From: Escherichia phage APECc02
Direction: 5' to 3' (one strand)
Sequence record: NC_041869.1
DNA: 64,000 nt
Shown: positions 63,865 through 64,000 of the stretch, piece by piece
Layout: every line of letters begins with the position of its first letter
How positions within the stretch are numbered: the stretch's first letter is position 1
Position numbers and translations under genes: made by a program
Notes under the pieces: generated by a model
Seen by the model: only the letters and a program-made list of their open reading frames with translations
What the model was told of the DNA's origin: nothing
Database searches by the model: none

Positions 63865-64000
63865 TCAGAAACCCTCTAAAAAGCTCTTGTAGAAAACAAT
63901 CTCAGTATCCACACCAGTCACGATCTTGTCGTTCCTGATTTCATCGGTAAGATAGGTGTCAAAACGCAGAACCTGTGTGGTGTTGTCACACATCCACTCT
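63865..64000 (-). CDS. hypothetical protein, partial (N-terminus beyond window end)
   Basis: Minus-strand frame open from the window end to a stop at 63865-63867; protein-like translation (...VTGVDTEIVFYKSFLEGF). Confidence 0.35.
   Translation of the reverse strand, partial: EWMCDNTTQVLRFDTYLTDEIRNDKIVTGVDTEIVFYKSFLEGF

Noticed and set aside
1-64000. Integrase, excisionase, CI-like repressor or other lysogeny module
   Set aside because: No ORF with a recognisable tyrosine or serine recombinase or repressor signature was seen; the window looks like a virulent phage.

Overview
This window looks like a segment of a virulent tailed dsDNA phage (no integrase or repressor seen; codon usage in the capsid gene is enterobacterial-like). 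Three blocks: (1) 1-9252, minus-strand early genes for recombination, repair and nucleotide/NAD metabolism (RuvC-like resolvase, 5'-3' exonuclease, lambda R-like endolysin, ATP-dependent DNA ligase, a Sir2-family protein, an RNA-ligase-like nucleotidyltransferase), followed on the plus strand by a polynucleotide kinase and a metallophosphatase; (2) 10.7-14.1 kb, a regulatory/RNA region with a palindromic repeat array, two GC-rich ORF-poor islands and a cluster of seven tRNA genes behind a consensus sigma70 promoter; (3) 14.5-59.9 kb, a plus-strand late module: spanin pair, terminase large subunit interrupted by a putative group I intron carrying an HNH endonuclease, portal, scaffold, major capsid, putative sheath/tube, chaperone with a canonical -1 slippery site, tape measure, baseplate and at least five fibre-like genes. 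A minus-strand cluster of small genes follows from 59.9 kb. The most unusual content is the phage-encoded Sir2 island next to a split kinase/phosphatase/ligase RNA-repair set and the tRNA cluster. All calls are from reading the sequence and ORF translations; no database search was run.
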